Source: Squalus acanthias (lineage: Eukaryota). From it: 64,000 nt of DNA. Below, piece after piece: positions 1-11,600 of this stretch; positions within the stretch are counted from its first letter, which is position 1, and each line of letters starts with the position of its first letter. The stretch covers positions 101,682,001 through 101,746,000 of the forward strand of contig CM059432.1 of NCBI GenBank assembly GCA_030390025.1. Direction: 5' to 3'. The translations under genes were made by a program, and so were the position numbers. The notes beneath the pieces are model-generated. The model did no database searches and was not told where the DNA came from. It saw only the letters and a program-made list of their open reading frames with translations.

Positions 1-1137
1 TACATCTTAAAAGCAATATATAATAACTTTGGTGCTAAATACGCAAGCTCCTGGTGAGAGCCAATTTAATGACTTGCCTTTGGTCACACATTTCGGGAGA
101 ATGAACATACTTTGCTGAAAATTAAATAGAAAATTTAACTTCATAGAAAAGTGCCTTGATCAGTCAAGATTTGAGAAGTACCTCTCAAAAATATGCTTTG
201 CGCTGAGCATTGCGTATCTTTGTACCCGCTTGTGGGATACTGGAAGTGTATTGCAGTAAATAATAGTACAGCTCACCCCAAAATGTTTGCAATGAACAAT
301 ATCAAATCATCTGCACATTATATTTGTGCCAAGCATATTCTGAATCACTTTTCCTTAGTTCCAATTCTATTCTGATTCTACAGCACAGATATGTATCTCT
401 ATGATATGCTCCAGTGGCAGTGGGCCATCTATTTTTTTACATCATGTGGGAATGTGTCTTTCACTTTGATTGGGGCTCAACGGCAAGGAATAGGTTGATC
501 AGATTCCTCTCTGATGCTTTGTTTCATTTCTAATCCTGCTGTACTTTTGTTACAGTGGTTCTATTATTTGAATGGGATTCATATTCCACATGCCACTGGA
601 GTGGTGCAATTCAGGGAATACTAGCCTTCTGACAATTTGAGTGTGGTAACCACACAAGACCCATACAACCTTCCTATTCCCATGCTGTACATATCACCTC
701 ATTTTGGGATTTACTTCCTCAGTTATTTGACAGACCCAACAAAAGATTAGACCAAGTTATTACAAGGAATGATTTTAAAAATGAATATTATCTCTGAAGC
801 ATAGTTTGCAAATTTCTCTTCTACGTCATGCTCATATTCTGGCAAAAGGTCATCGACCTGAAACATTGGCTGCGATTTTATCAATGGAGGCGGGTTGGGT
901 GCGGGTTCGATGATTGGCAGGTTCCGGTCCCGCCTCCGCTTTCAGCCGGTCAGAATTTGCGATTTTGAGTTAAGTGGCCTACTTAATGTGTCCATGCGCG
1001 CTACCCAGCCCAATTAGTGGGTTCGGGTCTGCTACTCGCCTCTGCTGACGTTTGTCAGCCAGCTGTATTTAAAGGGCCCTTGCAGCATTGTTTCATTTTC
1101 ATCCTTTTCTGCTGGTTCTCATTTGGAAATTATAGAC

Positions 1138-3078
1138 ATGACTGCTGCAAAAGCTAATGCCTCTCCCCGCTTTGATGATGACTCCCTCCATGCTCTTGTG
1201 GATGGAGTGAGAGGGCGCCAAGAGGTACTGTTCATCTCATCCGGACGGAGGAAACCTCCTCAGCAAAGCAAAGCAGCCTGGCAGATCTTTGTGTGCTCGC
1301 TCCTGGGTGCAGTGCAGAAAAAGGTTCAATGACCTGGTATGCTCAGGAAAAGTGAGTATAACATCACACTTACCTTCAATCTGCTCCCCATCTCCTCTCA
1401 TCACCAGCACTCTGCATTGTCAACCTACTCCTGCACATCTCACTTTAACCTTACATCCCTTGCACCCTTAACCATCCCTCTCTCTCTATGTACAGAATCA
1501 CTTCACCATTCTACTATGCACCCCTCACGCTGGTATGCAATACCAACAACTAACAACGCACAGGGAGGGCCCTTGGTATTGGCATCTCACTCCATCTTTA
1601 TCTCCCGCTAAGCATCTATGCTATGGATTCTCTACACTCACTCCATCATTCTCACTCAAACTCCACTTGTGTCTCTCATTGCAGGAAAAAAGAGCCCACA
1701 ATAAGAGGAAAGAGCCAGGACAGGAGGAGGGCCACCTTCCATTGCCCATCTGACCACTGCTGAGGAGGCTGCTCTGGAGATCATAGGAGGTGCCGAGGAT
1801 CTAGAAGTGAGGGACGGAGAGACGGGCGCAGTAGAACAAGCTGGTCACAGAATAGATTTGCATCCCTCTCATTTACATTGCATGAGTGACTAATATGGCA
1901 TCTGATGTTCATACAGATTGAGTTCTGATCATCTGCACAATTCAATGTGCATGAAACGTTAATATCACATGTCTAACTCATGCCTTTACTCCCCACAGGA
2001 CCACCGAGAGCCCCCCTCCCCACTGTCCAGGAGGAAGAGCCGGAAGACTCCTCAGAGGAAGCTGCAACCTCTGAGGGAGCAGTGTCAGCAGAAATAGGAG
2101 CACCTAGCACCAGCGCAGAGACGCACACCTTGGTGGGTCCTTCGCGAGAGAGTAGTGTTGTCATCTAGTGTATCACAGCTCACAAGTGAGCATCAGCAGC
2201 TGGTGGAGACAGGGACAGCAGTGGAGAGTCCTCGTCGGAGGCCGCAGAGCGCTCCCAGCTCTGCTCAGCTGCATGTCGACCCTGTGCCTCTGGGGCCATC
2301 CAGAAAGAGAGTGGTGCTGGAACTTCAGGAACAAGTGCAGGAGTCTCTGACAGGTTTTGCATCCACGGTAACTGCCAGTGTGCAGAGAATGGAGGAGTCC
2401 ATCTCTAACATGAGCAGTGCCTTTGTGGAGGCAATGATGCATGAACACACCACCATGGATAGAATGGCTACCTCCGTGGAAAGGATGGTTACCTCCGTGG
2501 AAAGGATGGCTACGGTAGAGCAGAGGATGGCTATGGTCATGGAGGAAATAAGTCGCCAGAGTCAGGAAAACATGGTGACTGTTCAGAATAGAATGACATC
2601 ACTGGAGGAATGATGGGCAGCTATTGAGCAGAGAAACCAGAGCTTCATGGAAGTCCTTTTGAGGAGGACTGTCAGTGCAGATACGGGTCCTCATGGCCCC
2701 ACTGATGTGCAGCAAGGTGCTGTCCAGCCACTTGCTAGCAGTGAAGTGCGGCTGACCCATGAGAGGGATGTTGGTGGTCAACAACAAGGAAGTGTGGGCT
2801 CCTCTCCAAGCGCTCACACTCCCATGCCACTGCGGAGCCCTCGGTCAGAGCCCCAGCAGAGTCCTCACCCAACTGAGATGGGTGTCTCAGCCCCTGCACA
2901 GCCGCAGGAGGAGCAGTCTGTTGCCGAGCCCTCACAGGCTCGCAAACCCAGAGGATGTCTGCCAAAGGTGTTGAAGCAGGAGCAGCATGAAAGTGAACAA
3001 GGTGCCTCCACATCTGCTGAAGCCACAGGGGAAGTACCACGTAGGAGCACGTGTAAGAGAAAGATTAAGCACCGATAG
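1138..3078 (+). pseudogene. Harbinger Myb/SANT-like DNA-binding protein gene, 3 exons (about 1138-1351, 1685-1843, 1999-3078), disrupted
   Basis: PRFDDDSLHALVDGVRGRQEVLF...AAWQ and RSWVQCRKRFNDL trihelix motifs; donor gtgagt at 1352, acceptors cag ending 1684 and 1998; AATAAA 3148-3153; frameshifts and internal stops. Confidence 0.85.
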
Positions 3079-3342
3079 TCACAAGGGTAGTCACTTGGGT
3101 GTTTTGATGTAAGACATTTTTAATATAATCATCGCCATTTCAATTGCAATAAAGAAATGCGATGGCAAGCTTTCAAAAGAGTTGGCGTATGTGTTCCCAG
3201 AAATGGAAGAGTCACAGTGAGGTGCCAGGGCGCCTTTCATCTGTAATGATGGTGGTGAGAGTGATAGGAACCCACAGTTTATTGTACAGATGGTGTATGG
3301 TGTGTTAAGAAGGTGGCAGCCACATGTGTTTGCTTCGTCAAC

Positions 3343-4558
3343 TTAAGCGAATCTGGCGTAGATTAGTGCATCTCTTGCATCTCAGGCACAATGTGCTCGC
3401 GTGCTGCTGGAACTGGTGCATCCGCCTTCGCAAGGTCTTCCTCCTCCTCCTCCTCATCTGAGGAGGCTATACGCTGAGCCACTTGTTCCTCAGGCATCTG
3501 GAAGCCATGCTGCTGTGCGATGTTGTGCAGTGCACAGCAGACCACGATGATTCTGGAGACCCTGGCTGGTGAGTACTGTAGGGCTCCACCTGATCTGTCG
3601 AGGCATCTGAATTGCATTTTGAGCAAGCCGATGGTTTGCTCGATGATGGCTCTGATGGAAATGTGGCTGGCATTGTAGCGCTCCTCAGCTTTGTTTGATG
3701 GCCTCCTCAACGGCGTCATTAGCCACGTCTTCAGGGGATAGCCCTTGTCTCCAAGTAACCATCCGGAAAGTTGGGTTGCCAGATTGAAGAGCTGAGGCCC
3801 AGTAGACTGCCGCAGGATGAACGAGTCATGGCAACTGCCAGGGTACTTGGCGCAAACATGCATAATGTTCTTCCTGTGGTTACACACCAGCTGGACGTTA
3901 AGGGAGTGGAAGCCCTTGTGGTTGACAAATACAGCTGGGTTGTGATGGGTTGCCCTAATGGCCACATGTGTGCAGTCTATGACACCCTGCACCCTTGGCA
4001 AGTCTGCCATCTTTGCAATGCCAACCGCACGCGCGGTTACACTTCCTTCATCCGTGGAGAAGTGGATGTAATTGTGCGCCTTTGCAAAGAGGGCATCGGT
4101 AACCTGCGTGATGCAAGTGTGTGCGGCCGACTGGGAGATGCCGCTGATGTCTGCTGATGATCTTTGGAAGGACCCTGAAGAATAAAATTGAGGGCGGTGG
4201 TGACTTTGACAGCCACTGGTAAGGGGTGTCCACCCGCTCCTCGGGGCTCCAGGTGTTGCTGCAGCATTGCGCAGATGTCAGCGACTACCTCTCACGAAAG
4301 TCTCAGCTTCCTTTGGCACTGCTGCTCAGTCATGTCGAGTAAGCTCATCCTCGGCCTGTAAACCCTGTGTTGGGGGTTTCTCCTGTGGCACGGAGCTGCC
4401 CTGCGCTGACGCCCTTTGCCCTGTGCAGCATCAGGTGGGTGAGGAGGAGGTTGGCGCTCCTGTTGTTGCTGCTGCTGTTGTGCCTGGTTCTGCTGCTGCC
4501 GCGGCTGCTCTTCCTCCGAATCTGAGGACCAGGATGACAGGGTATAAATGGTTGCCAT
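3343..4558 (-). pseudogene. Harbinger (HARBI1-like) DDE transposase, frameshifted
   Basis: ORF pieces 4292-4558, 4037-4267, 3363-4010 with [36 protein letters not shown] motifs; likely original C-terminus IYARFA* ending 3343; minus-strand AATAAA at 3278-3283. Confidence 0.95.
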
Positions 4559-5964
4559 GCTGCTCGTAGATATGTCAGTTGAGGACTAGAAGTTCAACGA
4601 GCTCAGTCAATGTGGGGAGAGGGTTTTCCCAGGAGGTCACAGTGCCTATGGATCTCAGCTTCACCATTTACAAGCTCAGTAGACCTGTAAAATGTGTTGC
4701 AACATCTGAAAAAACAAAGTTCTGTGAACTATAATTCAGCCATGTCAGAGCTCTGTTTTTATACTGGAGCTGTAGCTGTCAAGAAGTCAGGCACTTGCTG
4801 AACCCAGCACAATCAGCTAGCGTGGTTTGCGAAAGGCGTGGAACACGCTGAAAATGTATAAAAATTGAAATACCCTCTTAAAATCGGCTTATCCAGGCAG
4901 TTAACAAGCTGTTAACTGCCTTAAGGGCCTCTTCCGTCGCTTGGTGGCGGGACCGATCAGGACTCCCACAGCCGGCACTTGGGAAAATTGTTTGGAGACG
5001 GGTTGACGGTGGGATCGCAACCCGCCATCAATCAAAAAGATTTTAACCTCTGACCCGCCTCCAAACCCGCCCTCTGAGTGCCGATAAAATTGCGGTCATT
5101 AACTCTGTTTCTCTCTCCACAGATGTTGCCTGACCTGTTAAGTATTTCCAGCATTTTCTGTTTTTATCTCACATATATTATGCTGGGCAATCGACAGGAA
5201 ATAGACCAAGCTCAATTAACATTCCAAAACATGATAGAATTACATCAGTCCAAATTTTAAAATATGAATGTGGAAAATATTTTGGTCATAATTTATATTT
5301 AAGCAAACTACTGTACACTGTTTAAACAAAAATGTTAGAAATTACTTCTTACAGTGAACTGAAATTACAAATTCTCATTTGAGTGTGAAAGATAACAATG
5401 AAAAAGACTTGTACATTAAACCTGCATGAAGATCTGAAGCTGTCTGAATATTAACCCAGCACAACTGGTAACTTATATTTTTGTGTTTGTCAATTTAAGC
5501 TCAGCACTCTCTCTTATTTATTGCTCTTCCCTTCTGTGATTGCATTATGTCATTGCTGATTTTGGCCAGCTTCTTTGGAAGTGCAATCCACTTGTAAAAG
5601 TAAGTTTGACAAATCATTTGTTTACAAAAATACATCACCTCTAAATGTGCCTGCATCTTAGACCTAGTATTGAGTTAGGCTACAAACTAATTTATTGGCT
5701 GAAATTGGAAGTAGATTGGTGGCATTAACACATTTGCCTTGGTGCATTTTGAATTTCTAAGGCACTGAAGGGACTTCGCCAGGCTTTCTGTTGTGCCATA
5801 ATTTACATACTCCTCGCATGATTCGCTGAGATCAAAATTTCTGGGCAGGAATATAAATGTGCAAGCGCAGTTCCTTACAGACTTTCTGTTGCCTGCAAAT
5901 GGTTGACTTCTACTTTTTCTTGCTTGCACCGCACTGAGAGGAATCAAGAATCTACCAATTCAAC

Positions 5965-6200
5965 TGGAAGGGAAGGAGGACAGCTCCCTTTCCTGAGACA
6001 GCCTTGCAAGTCAGGCTGAGGGAAGTGATGGCAAGGAGAAGTGATTGGGTTTGAGGCGCACTCTCGTCAGCAGGCTGTAATCAGCACTGCCTGGAAAGAG
6101 ATGGCCAATCAGGTCAATACAATGTCTGCAGCAAAGATGTCATCATTTCAGGTGAGAAAGATATTCAACACCATGATGAAGTTTGCCAAGATCAGTGGGT
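5965..6200 (+). pseudogene. Decayed Harbinger Myb/SANT first-exon remnant
   Basis: TAWKEMANQVNTMSAAKMSSFQVRKIFNTMMKFAK resembles the trihelix W..VN..Q.RK.FN pattern seen at 1138-1351. Confidence 0.6.
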
Positions 6201-8500
6201 TCTGCACTTATCTCTCAATAATGTTCTGGATTGGCTTGCCTGCAACACATTCACAAACCTGCTCTCAACCAGCTGCATACTCCAATGGAGGCTTTATTAC
6301 CTTTAGATGCACTTTTTCTATCTCTAACACAAACACAGGGTGACCAATATTCATGCATGGCATATCTTTTAGCCTTGCAAGAAACCTGTGGGGGGAGGGT
6401 TCAAGCGAGGGGAAATTTAGAAAGTTAAAGAGAAAGGACAGGGCAATAGTGGACAATGAAAACCAGAGTGTGACAGGAAGGGACAGAGCATACAAACATA
6501 AGAGTGCACCAGTAAATAAGGTCAGAGTACGGAAAAATGATAAAAAGACAAAATTAAAGGCTCTTTATCTGAATGCACGCAGCATTCGTAACAAGATAGA
6601 TGAATTGACGGCACTAATAGAAATAAATGGGTATGATCTGATAGCCATTACAGAGATGTGGTTGCAATGTGACCAAGGCTGGGAACTGAATATTCAGGGG
6701 TATTTGACATTTCAGAAGGATAGACAGAAAGAAAAGGAGGTGAGGTAGCTCTGTTAATAAAGGATGAGATCAGTACAATAGTGAGAAATGATCTTGGCTC
6801 GGAAGTTCCAGATGTTGAATCAATTTGGGTGGAGGTAAGACATAGTAAGGGAAATAAGGCACTGGTGGGAGTAGTCTATAGGCCCCCTAACAATAGCTAC
6901 ACTATAGGACAGAGTATAAATCAAGAAATAATGGGGCTTGTAAGAAAGGTACTGCAATAATCGTGGGCGATCTTAATCTTCATATAGATTGGACAAATCA
7001 ATTTGGCAAAAGCAGCCTTGAGGATGAGTTCACAGAGTGTATTCGGGACAGTTTCTTGGAACAATACGTTGTGGAATCAACCAGGGAACAGGCTATTTTA
7101 TATCTGGTAATGTGTAATGAAACAGGATTAATTGATGATCTCATAGTAAAGGATCCTCTAGGGAAGAGTGATCATAACATGATATAATTCCACATTCAGT
7201 TTGAAGGTGAGAAACTTGGGTCTGAAATTAGAGTATTAAACTTAAATAAAGGCAATTACAAAGGTATGAGGAGAGAGTTGGCTAAAATGGACTGGGAAAA
7301 TAGATTAGAAGGTAAGACAGTAGAAAAGCTGTGGCAGACATTTAAAGAACTATTTCATGACTCTCAACAAAGATATATTTCTATGAGAAAGAAAGACTCG
7401 AAGAGAAGGATGAACCAACCATGGCTAACCAAGGAAGTTAAGGATGGTATCAAATTGAAAGAAAAGGCATGCAATGTTGCAAAGATTAGTGGTAGGCCAG
7501 AAGATTGGGAAAATTTTAGAAATCAGCAAAGGATGACTAAAATAATAATAAAGAGGGAGAAAATAGCTTATGAGAGTAAACTAGCAAGAAATATAAAAAC
7601 TGACAGTAAGAGCTTCTACAAGTATATAAAAAGAAAGAGAGTAGCTAAAATAAACGTTGGTCCCTTAGAGGACGAGACTGGGGAAATAATAATGGGAAAT
7701 AAGGAAATGGCAGAGGCATTGAACAAATATTTTGTATCTGTCTTCATAGTAGAGGACACTAAAAACATTCCAGTAATAGTAGAAAATCAAGGGGCAAAAG
7801 GGAGGGAGGAACTTAAAACAATCACTATCACTAGAGAAAAAGTGCTAGGCAAAATTATGGGTCTAAAGGCTGACAAGTCCCGTGGACCTGATGGCCTGCA
7901 TCCTCGGGTCTTAAAAGAAGTGGCTACAGAGATAGTGGATGCATTGGTTGTAATCTTCCAAAATTCCCTTGGCTCTGGAAAAGTCCCTGCGGATTGGAAA
8001 ACCGCAAATATAATGCCCTTATTCAAAAAAGGAGGGAGACAGAAAGCAGGAAACTATAGGCCAGTTAGCCTAACATCTATCATTGGCAAAATGCTCGATC
8101 CATTATTAAGGAAGTAATAGCAGGGCATTTAGAAAATCATAATACATCAATCAAACAGAGTCAACATGGTTTTATGAAAGGGAAATTGTGTTTGACAAAT
8201 CTATTAGAGTTCTTTGAGGAGGTAACGAGCAGGGTGGATAAAGGGAAACCAGTAGATGTAGTGTATTTGGATTTCCAAAAGGCATTTGACAAGGTGCCAA
8301 TAAAAGGTTACTGCATAAGATAAGACCTCATGGTGTTGGATAGAGGATTGGCTAACTAACAGAAAACAGAGAGTCGGGATAAATGGGTCATTTTCAGGAT
8401 GGGGTGCCTCAACTATTTTCAATCTATATTAATGACTTGGACGAAGGAAGCGAGTGTATTGTAACCAAATTTGCGGACGATACAAAGATAGGTGGGCAAG

Positions 8501-9107
8501 TGTGGAAGTGTATTTTCTTACTTGGGCACAAAATGGCTTCCTAGACACAGAATAAGAGATACAAAATGGCCTACACTATGACTCGCCTAGAAAAGAATAG
8601 TAGTTGTTTATAGCTTCTCATGATGAGAGAATTTAAACTTTGCAGACTGTTCTGTTTCTCAGCAGCTAGTACAGAACAAAGAGTCTTCTCTAATCAACTT
8701 GAGATAACCAAGGACATAGTGAAGTAAACATTAGCCTTTGACTCCAGGTGCCTTGGTGGGAGAAGAAGAACAGACAGACTCCATGACTGTAGAGATTAGC
8801 TAGTCTTATCTTAAGGCATTTCTGTTCTTCTAACCTCTTAGCTTACTTTAAACAACATTCCTTATTCTTTCTTTTTGCAGACTTTGTGCTTTTTTAACCA
8901 ATTGTGATTCAATGCTATGTCATGTGATATAGAAAAGCCTGTTGCTTTCAGTGTATAAAAATGCTGCTTTTTCTTACGTACTTTGGAGTGGTCAGCGTAG
9001 CATTTTGCCTACCTACCCTCCCCTTGCTGCAAGTAAATATTAATAAAGCCTGCCTTTGACGATACTTTATGTTTTAAGAGTCTTACTTGGAAGTCGAAAC
9101 TTCGACA
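8501..9107 (+). mobile_element. Solo LTR (607 bp) of an LTR retrotransposon or ERV
   Basis: Starts tgtggaagt, ends acttcgaca (8/9 inverted match, TG...CA); 4-bp TSD caag/aaag; TATAAAA near 8955 and AATAAA near 9043; CR1 resumes exactly after it. Confidence 0.85.
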
Positions 9108-9683
9108 AAAGCAAGTTGTGAGGAGGACATAAAGGCCGCGATTTTCTGCTCAGTGTCGAGATGGGTGCGGGTCAGCTGGTTTCCAGTCCCGCCCCCAGCT
9201 GCCTCTGCTCCACAGACGTAATGTTCCCTTGATTGGCCTTGTTAAGCCCGCAGTAATGGGCTTATCGGCCAATTAACAGGAATTGGGTCTGATGACATCA
9301 TTTGATGACGCGTCATCTGCCGGCTTCCTTAAAGGGACCATGCACAATTTTATTTTGACAGTTGATTTCTCAGTGTTTAACAGCATTGAGGTGCTGAAAA
9401 CACTGACAATCACTGCACAAAGGTGAACTCTTGCACCCAGGCTTTTCAATGACTCCCTCCATATGCTGGAATAGATGGCAGCTGCAGGTGAGATCACAGA
9501 AGTGATCTGTCACTGGTGAGAGAGGTTCTCCCAATGAGGTGGCACTGGACATATAGTTGGATTTAAAAACTTGTAAGCTAAAGAAATCTGTATATGTTTT
9601 AAAAATGCAGTAACCAACATTTTCTTTGCTCTGAAACTCACCATGTGCAACATTGCATCCTTCACACCACTTCTTCAGCTGTT

Positions 9684-10098
9684 ATAGAACATAGAACATA
9701 GAACAGTACAGCACAGTACAGGCCCTTCGGCCCTCGATGTTGTGCAGAGCATTGTCCGAAACCAAGATCAAGCTATCCCACTCCCTATCATTCTGGTGTG
9801 CTCCATGTGCTTATCCAATAACCGCTTGAAAGTTCCTAAAGTGTCCGACTCCACTATCACAGCAGGCAGTCCATTCCACACCCCAACCACTCTCTGAGTA
9901 AAGAATCTACCTCGGACATCCCTTCTATATCTCCCCCCATGCACCTTATAGTTATGCCCCCTTGTAACAGCTACATCCACCCGAGGAAATAGTCTCTGAA
10001 CATCCACTCTGTCTATCCCCCTCATCATCTTATAAACCTCTATTAAGTCGCCTCTCATCCTCCTCCGCTCTAAAGAGAAAAGCCCTAGCTCCCTCAAA
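9684..10098 (-). mobile_element. CR1 3' fragment
   Basis: ORF LGLFSLERRRMRGDLIEVYK...FFTQRVV; (atagaac)n tail. Confidence 0.9.
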
Positions 10099-10166
10099 CA
10101 TTATCTTTTCACAAACATTACACCAGACTCACAACACGCCACACTTACCTGGCGTGTTGTCCAGAC

Positions 10167-11600
10167 ATAGAAACATAAAAAAACATAGAAGATAGGAGCA
10201 GGAATAGGCCATTCGGCCCCTCTAGCCTGCTCCGCCATTCAATGAGATCATGGCTGATCATCCAAATTCAATACCCTGTCCCTGCCTTTTCCCCATATCC
10301 CTTGATCCCTTCAGCCTTAAGAAATATATCTAACTCCTTCTTGAATATATTTAATGAATTGGCCTCCACTGCCTTCTGTGGTAGAGAATTCCACAGGTTC
10401 ACCACTCTCTGGGTGAAGAAATTCCTCCTCATCGCTGTCCTAAATGGCTTACCCCTTATCTTTAGACTGTGACCCCTGGTTCTGGACTCCCCAACCATCG
10501 GGAACATCCTTCCTGCATCTAGTCTGTCCAGTCCTGTCAGAATTTTATAAGTTTCAATGAGATCCCCTCTCATTCTTCTAAACTCCAGTGAGTATAAGCC
10601 CAATCGACCCAATCTCTCCTCATACGTCATTCCTGCCATCCCAGGTATCAGCCTGGTGAATCTTCGCTGCACTCCCTCCATGGCAAGAACATCCTTCCTC
10701 AGATAAAGTGACCAAAACTGCACACAATACTCAAGGTGTGGTCTCACCAAGGCCCTGTACAACTGCAGCAAGACATCCTTGTTCCTGTATTCGAACCCTT
10801 TCGCTACGAAGGCCAACATACCTTTTGCCTTCTTAACCACCTGCTGCACCTGCATGCTTACCTTCAGCGACTGGTGCACAAGGACACCCAGGTCTCGTTG
10901 CACTTCCCCTTTTCCCAATCTATTGCCATTCAGATAATAATCTGCCTTCCCGTTTTTGACACCAAAGTGGATAACCTCGCATTTATCCACATTATAATGC
11001 ATCTGCCATGATTCTGCCCAATCACCCAACCTGTCCAAATCATACTGGAGTTTTTTGGCATCCTCCTCACAGCACCCACGCCCACCCAGCTTTGTGTCAT
11101 CTGCAAACTTGGAGATATTACATCTCATTCCCTCGTCTAGATCATTAATATATATTGTGAATAGCTGGAGTCCTAGGACCGATCCCTGCGGTACCCCACT
11201 AGTCACTGCTTGCCACTCGGAAAAAGACCCGTTTATTCCAACTCTTTGCCTTCTGTCTGCCAACCAGTTTTCTATCCAAGTCAATACCTTGCCCCCAATC
11301 CCATGTGCCTTAACTTTACATGCTTATCTCTTATGCGGGACCTTATCGAAAGCCTTCTGAAAGTCGAAATACACCACATCCACTGGTTCTCTCTTATCTA
11401 TTTTAACAGTTACATCTTCAAAAAATTCCAGTAGATTAGTCAAGCATGATTTACCTTTTGTAAATCCATGTTGACTTTGTCCAATCCTGTCACTGTTTTC
11501 CAAGTGCTCTGCTATTACATCTTTTACAATGGACTCTAGTATTTTCCCCACTACCGATGTCAGGCTTATCAGTCTATAATTCCCCGTTTTCTCTCTACCA
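10167..11600 (-). mobile_element. CR1 5'-truncated copy (RT C-terminal half)
   Basis: 338-aa ORF with [25 protein letters not shown]; tail catagaaacata. Confidence 0.95.

Larger units (their letters stand above)
868..5097 (+). mobile_element. PIF/Harbinger DNA transposon, near full length (4230 bp), inactivated
   Basis: Imperfect 15-bp TIRs ggctgcgattttatc / gataaaattgcggtc; 3-bp TSD ATT (865-867, 5098-5100); carries a Myb/SANT-like gene and a convergent HARBI1-like transposase. Confidence 0.95.
838..5170 (+). mobile_element. Short Penelope-type repeat (decayed hammerhead-containing unit), split into 838-867 and 5098-5170 by the Harbinger insertion
   Basis: ggtcatcgacctgaaacatt|aactctgtttctctctccacagatgttgcctgacctg rejoins to match the uninterrupted copy at 45291-45415. 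Confidence 0.75.

Noticed and set aside
215..345. Minus-strand CADDLILFI...SGYK, resembling an L1 RT motif or a micro-exon
   Set aside because: Too short, stops nearby, and no convincing flanking motifs
3343..4558. Domesticated host HARBI1 gene
   Set aside because: Frameshifted, inside TIRs with a TSD, paired with a Myb gene, and other copies occur in the same window
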